Origin: Vicugna vicugna
Lineage: Eukaryota
Reading direction: 5' to 3'
Assembly: GCA_013265495.1 (NCBI GenBank)
Contig: MU058059.1
Span: 744,001-808,000, forward strand
Length of the DNA: 64,000 bases
Positions 62,740 through 64,000 of this stretch are shown piece after piece. Position 1 is the stretch's first letter. Every line of letters starts with the position of its first letter. The notes under the pieces are model-generated. The model did no database searches. It worked only from the letters and a program-made list of their open reading frames with translations, and was not told the DNA's origin. A program made the translations under genes and the position numbers.

Positions 62740-63408
62740 ATATGGGATTGAGTAGATACAGGAAATCATCAGGAAAAGCTACATCCTGGAATATACTATA
62801 AGGGGACCATCAAGAAAGTGGGACTCGGAGAGCAGAGAGACTCTGGGGTCAGAATCCAGATCACTGTGGAGCAAATTCAGAAGTAGGGTTCAACACAGAC
62901 AGAATGTGCAAAAACAACAGCAACATGCATTCATTCTCCATCTTCAGCCCCATCTTCATCCAGAATACAACCATGACAGGATGCATCTCTTCCCAGGCAA
63001 AAATAAACCAATAACAACAATAAAGTAATGTCTATTCTCTCCCTCATGTCCACAAAATGGCTGCTGTTGATCCAGGCATCACATCCTCATAAAGCAACAT
63101 CCAGAGGTGGCAAGTGAACTCCTTCTCTCTTGTGACTATTTCTAAGAGTGAGGAATTTTTACTAGATGCCTGCCACCCTTTCTAGCCCCTCCACACACAT
63201 CTCAACCAGCAAGATTTCTTTCTTATCTATTTGGTCTTATCACCACCCTGAACCAATCACTGGCAATAGGAATAAAAGCATCATTACAGCCTAAACTAGT
63301 CCACGTGTATCTGAATCATATGGGTGAAATGTAGAAACCGGGACAAAATCAGGACTCTTACAGACGGAAGAGTTGCCATTGTCCAGGCAAGCATCAGTGT
63401 CTGTCATA
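62740..63408 (-). mobile_element. Old MaLR LTR (MLT1K/L-like), reverse
   Basis: aaaatggctgc...ccaggcatcacatcctca...caacatccag; ccctgaaccaatcactggca; acaaaatcaggactct. Confidence 0.6.
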
Positions 63409-64000
63409 TCAAGGCTATTAATTTTGTGGAAATACCAGGCAACATCATCCCATCAAGCATTTATAACACTTGAGTTTACAACAGAAGTAATGTTTTATGG
63501 GGCAGATTCTCATCACCCATTGCCCAACAGTGTTAATAATCACCATGTGACAGGGTTTTCAGTTTTATGACACCATCCCACCTCTACCTTAGGTATTTTA
63601 TTTTTCGCTAATCCCCACTGTAGACTTTTCCCGCCAGTCTACTTAGCACCAGAATACCCATCACATTTATTTTCCCATGACACACAACATACATCAGCCA
63701 AGGCCATCCTCCCCAGGGAATTCGGCAAAGCTGAGCTCCAGGAAGCCAGGCTGAATTGGTATATGAGATGAATTCCCTGGCCTTCTCCACACCAACACCA
63801 TGACCATGGGTCACACTCAGCATGCCCATCACCAACTAATTTGGCAGCTCCAGGCTCCTTCAGAGGGTCTAAAAGACAGATTTGGAAAATTCAGGTAAAC
63901 TAAAAACAAGAAAACACTTCTCTCAATTAATATGTTTCTGAGCAAAAAGATAAAGCTTTATGATAAACTACACACATAATTTTCTAGGAGAGAAATGAGC

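Noticed and set aside
1..64000. CRISPR arrays, operons, defence systems or other prokaryotic systems
   Set aside because: The sequence is mammalian and repeat-rich, with no regularly spaced repeats, gene-dense ORFs or rRNA.

Overview
This is eukaryotic (placental mammal) genomic DNA, most likely camelid. The inference rests on seven tRNA-derived SINEs resembling Vic-1 and on no recognisable Alu, Bov-A or PRE-1 elements. The only protein-coding feature I can support is the terminal coding exon of AKAIN1 (C18orf42, a ~69-aa PKA-binding microprotein related to the AKAP7 RII-binding helix) on the minus strand at 41416-41609. Its 3' UTR lies to the left and its long first intron to the right; I did not find exon 1 in the window. 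The rest is intergenic or intronic DNA rich in transposon relics: Tigger1, MER58A, MER5/MER96/MER112-like elements, MLT1, LTR16, several ERV1-type solo LTRs, L1 stubs with target-site duplications (TSDs), L2, MIR and CR1/L3. Almost all other ORFs in the track are chance or repeat-derived. I see no prokaryotic-type system such as CRISPR or operons. The most interesting leads are (1) a cryptic in-frame intronic ATG giving an AKAP18-alpha-like 'LCCxPxS' N-terminus on AKAIN1, (2) GC-biased divergence of this exon, (3) a same-family LTR pair bracketing the exon, and (4) SINE/L1 composite insertions. Repeat family names and reference protein sequences are recalled from memory, not searched; boundaries without TSDs are approximate.
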